Source: Candidatus Marinacidobacterium sp. (GTDB lineage: Bacteria > Acidobacteriota > Vicinamibacteria > Marinacidobacterales > Marinacidobacteraceae). Taken from it: DNA of 64,000 bases. Under the pieces are notes generated by a model. That model was not told where the DNA came from, made no database searches, and was given only the letters and a program-made list of their open reading frames with translations. The stretch is taken from assembly GCA_965204755.1 (NCBI GenBank), contig OZ242011.1:2496001-2560000 (forward strand), given 5' to 3'. Both the position numbers and the translations under genes were made by a program. The first letter of the stretch is position 1, and each line of letters starts with the position of its first letter. Below, piece by piece: positions 9,229-18,910 of this stretch.

Positions 9229-12200
9229 ATGCCGCCGACCCTTCTTCGCTTCCCCTTCGCTTCCCCTGCGGCCGCCGCACTTGTCCTTGCGGCCCTCGCC
9301 GCGCCGGCCGCGGCGCAGGACGAGCCGGAGCGGGTGCGGGTCCGGGAAGGGGAACTGACGCTCCCGACCTACGACCTCCTTCCCGACGACCCGAATCCGC
9401 AGTTTCGGGAGACCGACGGCTCGATCGTCTATCCCTACACGATGCAGGACAACCTGGGTTCGGAGCGCCGTCCCCGGGTCTGGCGCGCCTTCTTCCTAGA
9501 GAACGAGTACTTGGAGGTCGCCTGCCTCCCCGAGATCGGCGGGCGCATCCAGTGGGTGCTCGACAAGCGGCGGAACGAACAGATGTTCTACGACAACCGG
9601 GTCATCCGCCCCGGCCTCATCGCGCTCCGGGGCGCCTGGGTCTCCGGCGGGATCGAGTGGAACCGCGGGCCGCAGGGACACACCGTCACCAGTTACTCGC
9701 CGGTGAATGTGACCGGCGTCGAGAACGCGGACGGCTCCGCCACCTTGGTCATCGGCGAGGTGGAGCAGACCTTCCGCACCGGCTGGGAGGTGCGCCTTAC
9801 GCTCCGTCCGGGCGTGGCCCGGCTGGACGAGGCCATCCGGCTGTTCAACCCGACGCCGCTTCCGCATCCCTACTACTTCTGGAACAACACCGCCTTCCCC
9901 CAGCGGCCCGGCACCCGGTTCATCTACCCGATGTCCCTGGCCAGCGACCACTTCGGCACGACCTTCTACCGCTGGCCGGAGAACGACGGCGTGGATCTCA
10001 CCCGGCTGCCGAACTACCCGGAACCCACTTCCATCTTCGCCTACCGCTCGGTGGCGGACTTCTTCGGGGCCTACGACTCCGGAACCGACCGCGGCATCGT
10101 CCAGACCGCCGACCACCGGGAACTCCCGGGGAAGAAGGGGTGGACCTGGGGGCAGGGGGACGACGGCGCGGTGAACCAGCGGGCGCTCACCGACGAGGAC
10201 GGCCCCTACATCGAAGTCCAGAGCGGGCCGCTGCCCACCCAGTCGGACTACGCCTGGCTCCATCCGGGCCAGACCGTCTCCTGGGAGGAGCAGTGGACCC
10301 CGGTCTTCGGACTCGGCGAGGGCTTCGAGTACGCGACGCAGGACCTGGTGGTGGAGCGGGTGTCCGGCGCCGGCGGCAACCGGTTCCTCTTCCTCGCGTC
10401 CCGGGCGCTCCCCGGCGCCGCGATCACCTTGGGGAGCGGGGACGCGGCGGAAACGCGCCGGGCGGACCTGACTCCGGAATCCGTCTTCGCGTTTTCGACT
10501 GCCGAGGGAGGGTCGGGCTTCTCCGCCCGGCCCGGCGAACCGGTGGAAGTCGAGGTCTCCTGGCGCGGCGAGACCGTCCTCGCGTACCGCTCGCCGCTCC
10601 GGGTTCCGGTCGAGGAGCCGCCGCCGCTGCCGGAGCCGGTCGAGCCGGCGACCGCGGAAGCCGCCTTCGCCGCCGGGGAACGCGCCGACAAGGCGCTCGA
10701 CCGCGCCGCGGCCCGCGACTTCTACGAACGCGCCCTCGCCTTCGCGCCCGACCACGCGGACGCCGCAGTGGCCTCGGCGGTCCTCGACCTGAAGGCGGCG
10801 CGTTTCGAGGAGGCCGCGGATCGCTTGGCGGCGGTCGCCGAGGCGGACCCGGAACACGGCCGCGCCCGGTTCCTCCACGGCGTGGCCCGCTTCCAACTCG
10901 ACGACTTCCCCGGCGCGCTGGACTCGGCGATGCTCGCCACCCGCCTCGCCGGGGTGGAGGCGGTCGCCTGGCGGCTGGCCGGCCGCGCCCGGATGCGTCT
11001 CGGCGAGCCGCGCCGCGCCGCGGCGGCCTTCGCCCGGGCGGAAACGGCCGGCGACCGCCCCCGAAGCGCCGAACTCCGCCACTTCGCCCTCTTCGCCGCC
11101 GGCGACCGGGAGGCGGCCGCCGCCTGGGCCGACGAGCGGATCGCCGCCGGAACGATCCGCCTGGCCCCTTGGGCCCTCCGCCTGCTCACCGCCGACGACG
11201 CCGAGCGCCGCGCCGCCGCCGCCCGCTCGCTTTCGGCGCTGGCGGGCGAGCCCGACTACGCGGTCACCGAACTCCTGACCGGTCTCGCCTCGCTGGATCT
11301 CGCCGACTCCGCGCTCGACCTGCTGGAGTCGCTCCGCGCCGAGGGGTTCGCTCCGAGTCCGACCCTCTGGTTCCACGCCGCCGCCTGGGCGGACACCCCC
11401 GACGACCGCGACCGCTTCCTCGACCAGGCTCTCGACGCGCCGCTCGAGCATGTGTTCCCGTCGCGACCGGAGTCGCTGCCCGTCCTTCGCGCCGCGGCGG
11501 ACCGCCGCCCGGCCGCCGCCGCCCCCCGCCTCCTTCTCGGCCACCTGCTCGGCGCCCTCGGCCGTTACGAGGAAGCCGCGGTCGCCTGGGAGGCCGCCGC
11601 ACACCTCGATCCCGGCCTCTCCACCGCCCACCGCTCGCTGGCGATGTTCCACTGGAAGATCGAGGACCGCCCGGCGGCCGCCGAGCGCCGCTTCCGCCTG
11701 GCCCGGGCCGCCCGACCGGACGACCAGACTCTCGCCCGCGACCTCGCCCGCCTCCTGCTGGCGTCCGGCCGCCCGGCCGCCGCCGCGGAGGCCTTGGCCC
11801 CGTTCCGCTCCGGCGTTCGCCGCCGGCACGATGTGACCATCGAACTGGCCCGCGCCCTGAACGCCACCGGCCGGTTCGACGAGACGGTCGCGATGCTCGA
11901 CGCCGCCGAAGTGAACTTCCGCGAAGGCGACGCCACGATCTGGCGCCTGTTCTCCGAGGCCCACATCGAACTCGGCCGCCGCGCCCTCGCAGAGTCCGAC
12001 CCCGCCGCCGCCCTCACCCACTTCGACCGGGCGCTCACCTATCCGGAGAGCCTCGGCGTGGGCCGCCCCCACCGCCCCGCCGAGGCCCGCGCCCGGTGGT
12101 TCCGCGCCGAAGCCCTCCGCGCCCTCGGCCGCGACAGCGATGCCGCCGCCGCCCTCGCCGCCTGCTCCGAGGGCCACGAGTTCCCGGCCGGCCCGTTCGC

Positions 12201-12246
12201 CGACGAACAATCCCTCTACCTCCACCGCTGCGCCGCCGCCCGCTGA
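9229..12246 (+). CDS. DUF5107 domain plus TPR-repeat protein
   Basis: YPYT, LENEYLEV..LPEIGGRI, GAWVSGGIEWN, PGKKGWTWG, YIEVQSG; Ala-rich helical TPR repeats; YPESLGVG. Confidence 0.88.
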   Translation: MPPTLLRFPFASPAAAALVLAALAAPAAAQDEPERVRVREGELTLPTYDLLPDDPNPQFRETDGSIVYPYTMQDNLGSERRPRVWRAFFLENEYLEVACLPEIGGRIQWVLDKRRNEQMFYDNRVIRPGLIALRGAWVSGGIEWNRGPQGHTVTSYSPVNVTGVENADGSATLVIGEVEQTFRTGWEVRLTLRPGVARLDEAIRLFNPTPLPHPYYFWNNTAFPQRPGTRFIYPMSLASDHFGTTFYRWPENDGVDLTRLPNYPEPTSIFAYRSVADFFGAYDSGTDRGIVQTADHRELPGKKGWTWGQGDDGAVNQRALTDEDGPYIEVQSGPLPTQSDYAWLHPGQTVSWEEQWTPVFGLGEGFEYATQDLVVERVSGAGGNRFLFLASRALPGAAITLGSGDAAETRRADLTPESVFAFSTAEGGSGFSARPGEPVEVEVSWRGETVLAYRSPLRVPVEEPPPLPEPVEPATAEAAFAAGERADKALDRAAARDFYERALAFAPDHADAAVASAVLDLKAARFEEAADRLAAVAEADPEHGRARFLHGVARFQLDDFPGALDSAMLATRLAGVEAVAWRLAGRARMRLGEPRRAAAAFARAETAGDRPRSAELRHFALFAAGDREAAAAWADERIAAGTIRLAPWALRLLTADDAERRAAAARSLSALAGEPDYAVTELLTGLASLDLADSALDLLESLRAEGFAPSPTLWFHAAAWADTPDDRDRFLDQALDAPLEHVFPSRPESLPVLRAAADRRPAAAAPRLLLGHLLGALGRYEEAAVAWEAAAHLDPGLSTAHRSLAMFHWKIEDRPAAAERRFRLARAARPDDQTLARDLARLLLASGRPAAAAEALAPFRSGVRRRHDVTIELARALNATGRFDETVAMLDAAEVNFREGDATIWRLFSEAHIELGRRALAESDPAAALTHFDRALTYPESLGVGRPHRPAEARARWFRAEALRALGRDSDAAAALAACSEGHEFPAGPFADEQSLYLHRCAAAR

Positions 12247-12411
12247 CCTCCGGCCGCGCCGGCCCCGCGGAGCGCGGACGGATCCGGAGCGGTTCATCTC
12301 TTCTGCTGCCGGGCCGAAGATCGATGACTCTCCGCTGTCCGAGCCCTTTTTTGCTACCGGGATGCAATGGGTGAAATAATCTACGCATTCACTTTGCGTT
12401 ATTATTAGCCC

Positions 12412-14145
12412 ATGGCGCGGGAACTGGAACTCACTCCGATCATCGCTCGCCTGGACGGAAGTCCGGCCGACGCGCTTGAGTTCGATCACTTGGAATTCAA
12501 GTCGTGGGCGCCCGCCCCCGACGACCGGAAGCGGCGGGTCCGGGCCCTTCGCGAGTCCGTGGTCGCGATGGCGAACGCCAGCGGCGGAACGATCGTCCTC
12601 GGAGTGGCCGACCGCAAGAGCACGCGAGCCGAGGCGATCCACGGCGTCGGCGATCTCGACGGCGATCTCCTTCGCCGCGACATCTACGACGGCACCGACC
12701 CTCACATCCTCGTGGACCTGGAGTCGCTGGAGGTGCCGGAAGGGCGCTTGCTCGCATTGCGAGTGCCTCGCGGCATCCCGCCCCACACCACGACGGACGG
12801 CGTAGCGAGGATTCGGGTCGGCAAGGAGTCCAAACCACTCACGGGTTCGCACCTGGCGCTTCTCGCGTCCACCCGCGCCGGTCTCGACTCGACGGCGCAG
12901 TTGGTGAAGGACGCTGAATTCGCGGATCTTGATCTCGCCCAACTCAACCGCCTACGGGAGGAGATCTCAGCGAACGAGAGCGACTCTGGCCTCGTCCGCC
13001 TGTCCGATCGGCGCTTGCTCGAGGCGCTGGGCTTGGCCGACGGAAGCGACCTGACACTCGCCGCCATCCTGCTGTTCGGGAAGCCGACGGCCCTCGCCCG
13101 GTTCGCGCCGACCCACGATTTCATCTTCGTTCGGCGGGCCGACGACACGCGCTACGAGGCCCGACGAGACCTCCGCGCGCCGCTCCTGCAGACCCTCGAC
13201 GAGGTGGCGGAACTCATCCGGAACCACACCGGACTGACCACGGTTTCGGTGAGCGGGCTTCGGGACCTGGAGATTCGGGATGTCGGCCCTTGGGTCGCGC
13301 GGGAAGCCATCCTCAACGCGGTCACGCACCGCGACTATTTCCCCCGGCAGTCCGTTCTCGTTTCGCTGTATCCGGATCGGCTGGAGGTCACGAGTCCGGG
13401 CGGTTTTCCGGGAGGGGTCACCGCGGAGAATGTGATCCGCCATCCACCCGTTCGCCGGAACAGCCTGTTGGCGAATGTCTTTCGGGATATCGGACTCGTG
13501 GACCGCGTCGGGCAGGGCGTGGACCGCATCTACACCGAGTTGCTCCGAGCCGGAAAACCCCGCCCTTACTACGGCGGCGCCTCGGATTTCGTGCGACTGA
13601 CTCTGCCGACGCGGACCGATCCCGAAATCGTTCGGTTCCTCGACTCGGAAGATCGGCGCGGCAGCCGCTTCGGCCTCGATGACCTGCTCGTGTTCGATGC
13701 CCTGAGGGAAACCGAGGAGATCGATCGCTGGTCGGGGGCAAAAATCCTTCAGACCGACGACACCGAGGCGGCGCGCCGACTCGCCTCTCTTCGCCGGGAC
13801 GGTCATCTCGTAGCGCGCGGAAGGGGCCGCGGGACGAAGTATCGACTCGCCGAGACGCTCCGCAGCGTCTTCGCGCGGACTCTCTTCGAGCGGCCGGCAG
13901 CCGAAGAGGACGAGCGGCGGCGTGTCCTGTCGGTGCTGGCCCGGGGTGACCGGTTGACGAACGCCCAAGTGAGACGCCTGATTGCCGGCTCACGCAACAG
14001 CGCCTTGCTGATGATGCGAACGCTCTGCCGGGAGGGGTTCGCCGTGATGGAGGGAACGCGCGGCGGCGCCTACTACATCGCCGGTCCGAATCTCACGGTC
14101 GAGCCGGACGAGCGCCATCGATCCGGGAACCGACGCTCGGCGTGA
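12412..14145 (+). CDS. AlbA_2 (Schlafen-like) + HATPase_c_4 + winged-helix protein
   Basis: LEFK, VAMANASGGTIVLGVAD, REAILNAVTHRDY, SPGGF, GQGVDRI; AT-richer leader and codon usage. Confidence 0.88.
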   Translation: MARELELTPIIARLDGSPADALEFDHLEFKSWAPAPDDRKRRVRALRESVVAMANASGGTIVLGVADRKSTRAEAIHGVGDLDGDLLRRDIYDGTDPHILVDLESLEVPEGRLLALRVPRGIPPHTTTDGVARIRVGKESKPLTGSHLALLASTRAGLDSTAQLVKDAEFADLDLAQLNRLREEISANESDSGLVRLSDRRLLEALGLADGSDLTLAAILLFGKPTALARFAPTHDFIFVRRADDTRYEARRDLRAPLLQTLDEVAELIRNHTGLTTVSVSGLRDLEIRDVGPWVAREAILNAVTHRDYFPRQSVLVSLYPDRLEVTSPGGFPGGVTAENVIRHPPVRRNSLLANVFRDIGLVDRVGQGVDRIYTELLRAGKPRPYYGGASDFVRLTLPTRTDPEIVRFLDSEDRRGSRFGLDDLLVFDALRETEEIDRWSGAKILQTDDTEAARRLASLRRDGHLVARGRGRGTKYRLAETLRSVFARTLFERPAAEEDERRRVLSVLARGDRLTNAQVRRLIAGSRNSALLMMRTLCREGFAVMEGTRGGAYYIAGPNLTVEPDERHRSGNRRSA

Positions 14146-14193
14146 GCGTCGGCGGGTAACGCTGCCTCCGCGGAGTGCGGCCCTCGGCCGCCC

Positions 14194-15456
14194 TCAGCGC
14201 GGGAGCAGGCGGACCGGGTAGTGCTTGATGCCGCGGATGAAGTTGGAGCGGAGGCGCGCCGGCGGCCCGAGCGGCTCCACCGCGCGCACCTGCCGCAGCA
14301 ACTCCTCGAGGGTGACCCGGACTTCCAGCCGGGCGAGCCAGGCGCCGAGGCAGAAGTGGCGTCCGGCGCCGAAGGCGAGGTGCGGGTTCGGTTCGCGCCG
14401 CAGGTCGAGGCGGTCCGGCTCGGGGAAGACCTCGGGATCGCGGTTGGCGGCGATGTACCAGAGCACCGCCCGATCGCCCGGCCGCATCCTCGCTCCTTCG
14501 AAGTCCAACTCGCGGGTGACCGTCCGCCGGAAATGCATGGTCACCGAGGTCCAGCGCAGGATCTCCTCGACTGCCGATTCGACGAATGCCCGATCCTCCC
14601 GGCCTGCTTCGAGTTCCCGGAGCGCGGCCGGATGTTCCAGCAGCGCCTCGAGACCCACCGACAGCGTGTGGCGCGTCGTTTCGTTCCCGGCCACGATCAG
14701 CAGGAGGAAGAAGTTCTGGAACTCCAACTCGGAGAGCGGCCGGTCGCCGGTCTCGGCCGAGAGCATCCCGGAGAGCACATCGTCGGTGGGGCGGCGAAGC
14801 CGCTCCGCCCGCGCCCGCTTCGCGTACTCGAACACCGACCGCGCCGCCGGACTGCGAAACGGCAGCAGCCGGAACGCCTCGGTGTCCTCCCGGTCCACCA
14901 CGGCGAGCGAGTACTCCGGGTCGGCGTTGGAAATGAGCGCGTCGCCCCACTCCACGAGTCGGCCGGCGTCTTCTTCGGGAACGCCGAGGATCCGGCAGAG
15001 CATCCGGATCGGCAACTCGCGCGCCACCTCTTCCACGAAGTCCACTTCGCCCTGCTCCACCGCCTGGCGGACGACTCCCTCCGCCAGCGCGCGCACCGCT
15101 TCCTCTCGTTCGGCGATGGCCCGGCGCGAAAAGCCCGCCCCCACCAGCCGCCGGAGCCGCGCGTGCTCCGCCCCGTCGTACTCCATCATCGTCCGGCGCG
15201 CCTCGAGTTCTTCCTCGTCCAACTGCTCCAGGCGGATCCCGGAGGCGCAGGAGAAATCCCGCGGCGTCGTCCCGGCGCGGAACACCTGCGCGTGGCGGGT
15301 CAGCGCCCAGAATCCCTCCCCGTCCGCCTCCTCGACCCACGCCGGGCTCCCTTCCGCCCGCATCCGGGCGAAGAGCGCCCACGGCACGCCCTGCGTGTAG
15401 GTGTCGTGGGAGACGATGGCGCCGTACGCCGCCGCCTCCCGGTCCATCGCGCCCAT
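14194..15456 (-). CDS. Cytochrome P450 (CYP124/125-like)
   Basis: I-helix AGNETT, EEILR (ExxR), heme motif FGAGRHFCLG. Confidence 0.95.
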   Translation of the reverse strand: MGAMDREAAAYGAIVSHDTYTQGVPWALFARMRAEGSPAWVEEADGEGFWALTRHAQVFRAGTTPRDFSCASGIRLEQLDEEELEARRTMMEYDGAEHARLRRLVGAGFSRRAIAEREEAVRALAEGVVRQAVEQGEVDFVEEVARELPIRMLCRILGVPEEDAGRLVEWGDALISNADPEYSLAVVDREDTEAFRLLPFRSPAARSVFEYAKRARAERLRRPTDDVLSGMLSAETGDRPLSELEFQNFFLLLIVAGNETTRHTLSVGLEALLEHPAALRELEAGREDRAFVESAVEEILRWTSVTMHFRRTVTRELDFEGARMRPGDRAVLWYIAANRDPEVFPEPDRLDLRREPNPHLAFGAGRHFCLGAWLARLEVRVTLEELLRQVRAVEPLGPPARLRSNFIRGIKHYPVRLLPR

Positions 15457-15499
15457 CGTTCGCCGGCAGTGGATGGTACGCGCGGGCTGCTAATCTCGC

Positions 15500-16273
15500 G
15501 TGCTCGCCGTGCGGCCGCCGAGCAAGATCCTGTGCGTCCACCTCAACTACCGCAGCCGCGTCGAAGAGTTCGGCGCCCGGCTGCCGGCCGCGCCGACCTA
15601 CTTCATGAAGCCGCCCAGCGCGCTCCTCGGCGACGGTGAGCCGGTGGTGCGCCCCCCGGGTTGCCGCTACCTCAATTTCGAGGGGGAGATCGTGGCCGTG
15701 ATCGGGCCGCCGGACGGGGCGCCGCCCCCGGGCTGGCGCTGCCGGAACATCGAGCCGGAGGACGCCGGGCGCTTCATCCACGGTTACACGGTCGGCAACG
15801 ACTTCGGCCTCCACGACTTCCGGGACACCGACGCCGGCTCGATGCTCCGCGTGAAAGGCGCCGACACCCTCTGTCCCGTTCTCGACGCCGCCGGCGCCCC
15901 CTGGGATTTCCGCGGCCGGACGATCCGTACTTCGGTGAACGGCGAAGTCCGCCAATCCGGCTCCACGGACGAGATGCGCTGGGACCCCCACTACCTGGTG
16001 GCCGATCTCTCCCGCACCCACACCCTGCTCCCCGGCGACTTGGTGTTCACGGGAACCCCCGCCGGCTCCCGCCCGGTCGAGCCCGGCGACGAAGTGGTCG
16101 TGGAGGTGGAGGGCCTCGGTCGCCTCCGCAACCCGGTCGTCGAGACCGGGCCGCCCCTCCCGTCCGGCTACGGCGCCCAGCCCACCGACTCCGAGGAAGT
16201 GCGTTCCACCGCCTTCGGCGGCGACTGGGAATTCCGCGGCGCGCGGCCCCCGCGGAAGGACTCCGCCCGATGA
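15500..16273 (+). CDS. Fumarylacetoacetate hydrolase family protein
   Basis: SKILCVHLNY, FMKPPS, FEGEI, KGADTLCP, LLPGDLVFTGTP; GTG start. Confidence 0.92.
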   Translation: MLAVRPPSKILCVHLNYRSRVEEFGARLPAAPTYFMKPPSALLGDGEPVVRPPGCRYLNFEGEIVAVIGPPDGAPPPGWRCRNIEPEDAGRFIHGYTVGNDFGLHDFRDTDAGSMLRVKGADTLCPVLDAAGAPWDFRGRTIRTSVNGEVRQSGSTDEMRWDPHYLVADLSRTHTLLPGDLVFTGTPAGSRPVEPGDEVVVEVEGLGRLRNPVVETGPPLPSGYGAQPTDSEEVRSTAFGGDWEFRGARPPRKDSAR

Positions 16274-17064
16274 GCGCGAACGCCGCCCGCCCCCGGATCG
16301 GCCTCACCTCCTGGAAGCGCCCGGTGAAGACCCAGGTCGGCGACCCGGAGCAACTCTTCACCCTCGCCGAGGAGTATGTGGACGCCGTCCGGCGCGCCGG
16401 CGGCCTCCCGGTGATCCTGCCCCCGGCGCCGCTGGCCGCCGCCGCCGAAGCGATGGCCATGCTCGACGGCCTGATCCTGACCGGAGGCGGCGACATCGCC
16501 CCTGCCGCTTACGCGGCCCGGGACGAAGGCGTCAGCCTCGATGTGGACCCGGCCGAGGACGCCTGGGACATCGCCCTGGTCGCCGCCGCCCGGGACGCCG
16601 GGAAACCCTTCTTCGGCATCTGCCGAGGAATGCAGGTCCTGAATGTGGCCTTGGGGGGCACGCTCCGGCAGGACATCTGCGGCACCGAGACCCACCCGCC
16701 GATCTCCGAGGTCCCCGCCGAGGCGGTGGGTTTCCGCCACCCGGTCGCGATCTACCCCGGCACCCGCCTGCACCGCTTGCTAGACGCCTCCGAACTCTCG
16801 GTGAACAGCATCCACCACCAGGCGGTGGCGCAGCTCGGCGACGGACTGCGCCCCGCCGCCGAAGCCCCGGACGGCACCGTGGAGGCCCTGGAGTACGACG
16901 ACTCCCGAAACGGCGCTTCGTGGTCGGCGCTCGCCGTCCAGTGGCACCCGGAACGCCTCCCCGAAGGCCCCGACCAACGCCTCTTCGACGACCTCCTCGA
17001 ACGCGCGGCCCGCGCGTCCGTGGCTCGCGGCATCGGCATGGCGCTGCCGGGAGCCACGCCATAG
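16270..17064 (+). CDS. Gamma-glutamyl-gamma-aminobutyrate hydrolase family (peptidase C26, PuuD-like)
   Basis: GLILTGGGD, GICRGMQVLNVALGG, VNSIHHQAV, VQWHPE; ATGA overlap with the upstream gene. Confidence 0.92.
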   Translation: MSANAARPRIGLTSWKRPVKTQVGDPEQLFTLAEEYVDAVRRAGGLPVILPPAPLAAAAEAMAMLDGLILTGGGDIAPAAYAARDEGVSLDVDPAEDAWDIALVAAARDAGKPFFGICRGMQVLNVALGGTLRQDICGTETHPPISEVPAEAVGFRHPVAIYPGTRLHRLLDASELSVNSIHHQAVAQLGDGLRPAAEAPDGTVEALEYDDSRNGASWSALAVQWHPERLPEGPDQRLFDDLLERAARASVARGIGMALPGATP

Positions 17065-17075
17065 ACTTGGCTGGG

Positions 17076-17336
17076 ATGTTCGATATTCGCCGGGGCCCCA
17101 TACCGACTTGGCATCTCTTCCTGCGCGGAATGGGCAGCCTGATGGAGATCTGGCCGCCGCCGGGTCGTCTCACGGAACTGGTTCCGGAAGAGACCCCGGC
17201 GGAGGCGTTCGGGGCTTACCGGGCGGAGATCGAGGATTGCCTCCGGGAGGCTTTCGGGCAGTGGGAAATGGCGCCGCCGACAGATGAGGACGAGGGGGTC
17301 GAAGCCCCGCCGGCAGATCGCCGAGAATCCGTCTGA
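17076..17336 (+). CDS. Small hypothetical protein upstream of the DUF2335-like gene
   Basis: Non-shadow composition (FLRGMGSLMEIWP...DCLREAFGQW); ATG 11 nt after the previous stop. Confidence 0.45.
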   Translation: MFDIRRGPIPTWHLFLRGMGSLMEIWPPPGRLTELVPEETPAEAFGAYRAEIEDCLREAFGQWEMAPPTDEDEGVEAPPADRRESV

Positions 17337-17771
17337 CGCCGCGCGTCCGCCCGCTGCGGCCGCCGCCGGGGAGCGCTCGGCCGCCTCCCTGACCCAACGC
17401 GGACACTGATTCGGGTTCAGGCGCCTCTGCCTCCGTCGCAAGTACGCCGCGGTTACGAGGAGGTCGTCCCCGGCGCCGGCGAGCGCATTCTCGCCATGGC
17501 GGAACGGGCGCAGTCGGACGCCCACTCCGCTCGCCGGTTCGGTCTCGAACACGCCGATCGCTACCTGCGCCGCGGCCAGTTCTTCGGGTTCTTCGCCTCC
17601 TTGGTCGCCTTCGCCGTCGTCGGTTTCGCGGCCTACCACGGGCGGGAGGTGGTCGCCTCCATCGTCGGTGGATCCACTGTTGTCGGCTTGGTCATCGCCT
17701 TCGTCGCAACCGGCCGCAACGGATCATCCGCCGCGCCCGGAGCGCCGGACCCGACCGATGACCTCACCTGA
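17284..17771 (+). pseudogene. DUF2335-like membrane protein, apparently frameshifted
   Basis: APLPPS..RGYEEVVPGAGERILAMAERAQ plus two TM helices lie in the frame of 17496, which has no canonical start upstream; an ATG ORF at 17284 in another frame stops at 17407-17409. Confidence 0.55.
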
Positions 17772-17871
17772 CCGCCGCCGCCGCGCGTCGTGAGCAGCAG
17801 GCGAAGGCCGCCGCCGGCGATGCATCCATCGCCGGCGCCCGCCGTCCCGCCGCTCGGGAACCTCGACCGGT

Positions 17872-18291
17872 TCAGTCCTCGTCGGGGACCAGGCGGCCCG
17901 CCGTATGCGCCGCGAGGCGCGCGGATTCCCGGGCGCGGTCGGCGTCCGGTTTCGCGTAGTAGTCCGAGGGCGTGAGGTCGTCGCCGCCGTAGAAGGCGAG
18001 TTCCCGGTCCTTGCGGAGTTCGCGGGACGCCTCCATGAGTCGGGCCAGGGTTTCGCTGTCGAGACCCGGCGGGAGTCGTTCCCGGTGTTCGGCGAGCACC
18101 GGGGATACATCGTGGACCCGCGGCGGCGCGATTCCAGCCGCGTAGAGGAGCCCCTTCAGCGCGAGTTCGACGACCTCCTGCGACTCCCGGACGACATCGG
18201 CCCAACTCCCGGCTTCGTGGAGCGCGTCCAACGCCGCGAGGCGCGCGAGCGCCCGGCGCCGGTGGTCGGCGGCGAGCGCCCGGTTGCGCAC
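17872..18291 (-). CDS. HEPN domain protein (toxin of an MNT-HEPN pair)
   Basis: SQEVVELALKGLL, PRVHDV, RELAFYG; directly downstream of the nucleotidyltransferase. Confidence 0.88.
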   Translation of the reverse strand: MRNRALAADHRRRALARLAALDALHEAGSWADVVRESQEVVELALKGLLYAAGIAPPRVHDVSPVLAEHRERLPPGLDSETLARLMEASRELRKDRELAFYGGDDLTPSDYYAKPDADRARESARLAAHTAGRLVPDED

Positions 18292-18292
18292 C

Positions 18293-18877
18293 TCAGCCGG
18301 CGACCCAGTACGGCTGTCCGTGCGCGGTCCGCCGCCTCCACCGCCCCTCCGCCGCCGCCCGCCGCACGGCGGTCAGCGCCTCGGACACCCGCCCGTTGCG
18401 CTCGAAGACGACGACGCCCTCCAACGCCGCCTCCCCCCAGAGGACGCTCGGCGAGTCCTCGGCGGGGAGGTGGACGAAGTGCGGATCCACTTCCGGGCCC
18501 CGGGCGGCCCGCCCGACCGCGGCGTCCCAGCGCCGGCGCAGGCCGCGCGTGATCGGCGTCGCGTCTTCGACCGCGAACAGCACATCGAGGTCGGAGTCGG
18601 CGCGCGCGTCGCCCCGGACCCGGGACCCGAACAGCACGACGCCCACCAGCGCCTCGGCCAGGACCTCTTCTCCCCGGGCCGGGAGGTCGGCCGGCGCTTC
18701 GGCGAAGGCCCGGCCGGCGGCCCCGAGCGCCAAGCGCCGCGCGCAGTACTCGTTGAAGGACAGCCCCGCCTCCCGGGCTTCGGCATCGAGTCGCCGGTGC
18801 AGCCCCGGCGGGGCGCGCAGCAGGAATCGTCCCGACTTGGCGGCCGGCGCTTCCGGCGCGGTCTCCGACATTCCCAT
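18293..18877 (-). CDS. HicB-like RHH domain fused to a minimal nucleotidyltransferase (MNT antitoxin)
   Basis: SGRFLLRAPPGLHRRLDAEAREAGLSFNEY followed by LFGSRVRGDARADSDLDVL (GSx10DxD). Confidence 0.87.
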   Translation of the reverse strand: MGMSETAPEAPAAKSGRFLLRAPPGLHRRLDAEAREAGLSFNEYCARRLALGAAGRAFAEAPADLPARGEEVLAEALVGVVLFGSRVRGDARADSDLDVLFAVEDATPITRGLRRRWDAAVGRAARGPEVDPHFVHLPAEDSPSVLWGEAALEGVVVFERNGRVSEALTAVRRAAAEGRWRRRTAHGQPYWVAG

Positions 18878-18878
18878 A

Positions 18879-18910
18879 GCGATATCAATACGAAGTGAAA
18901 ATGATATCAC
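18879..18910 (-). promoter_or_regulatory. Paired TGATATC(A/G) operator sites upstream of RHH-MNT-HEPN
   Basis: GATATC palindromes at 18881-18886 and 18903-18908, 22 bp apart, in an AT-rich patch just before the start codon. Confidence 0.55.

Noticed and set aside
12412-14145. AlbA_2-HATPase gene as a mobile element
   Set aside because: Composition looks foreign, but no integrase, terminal repeats or target duplication were visible.
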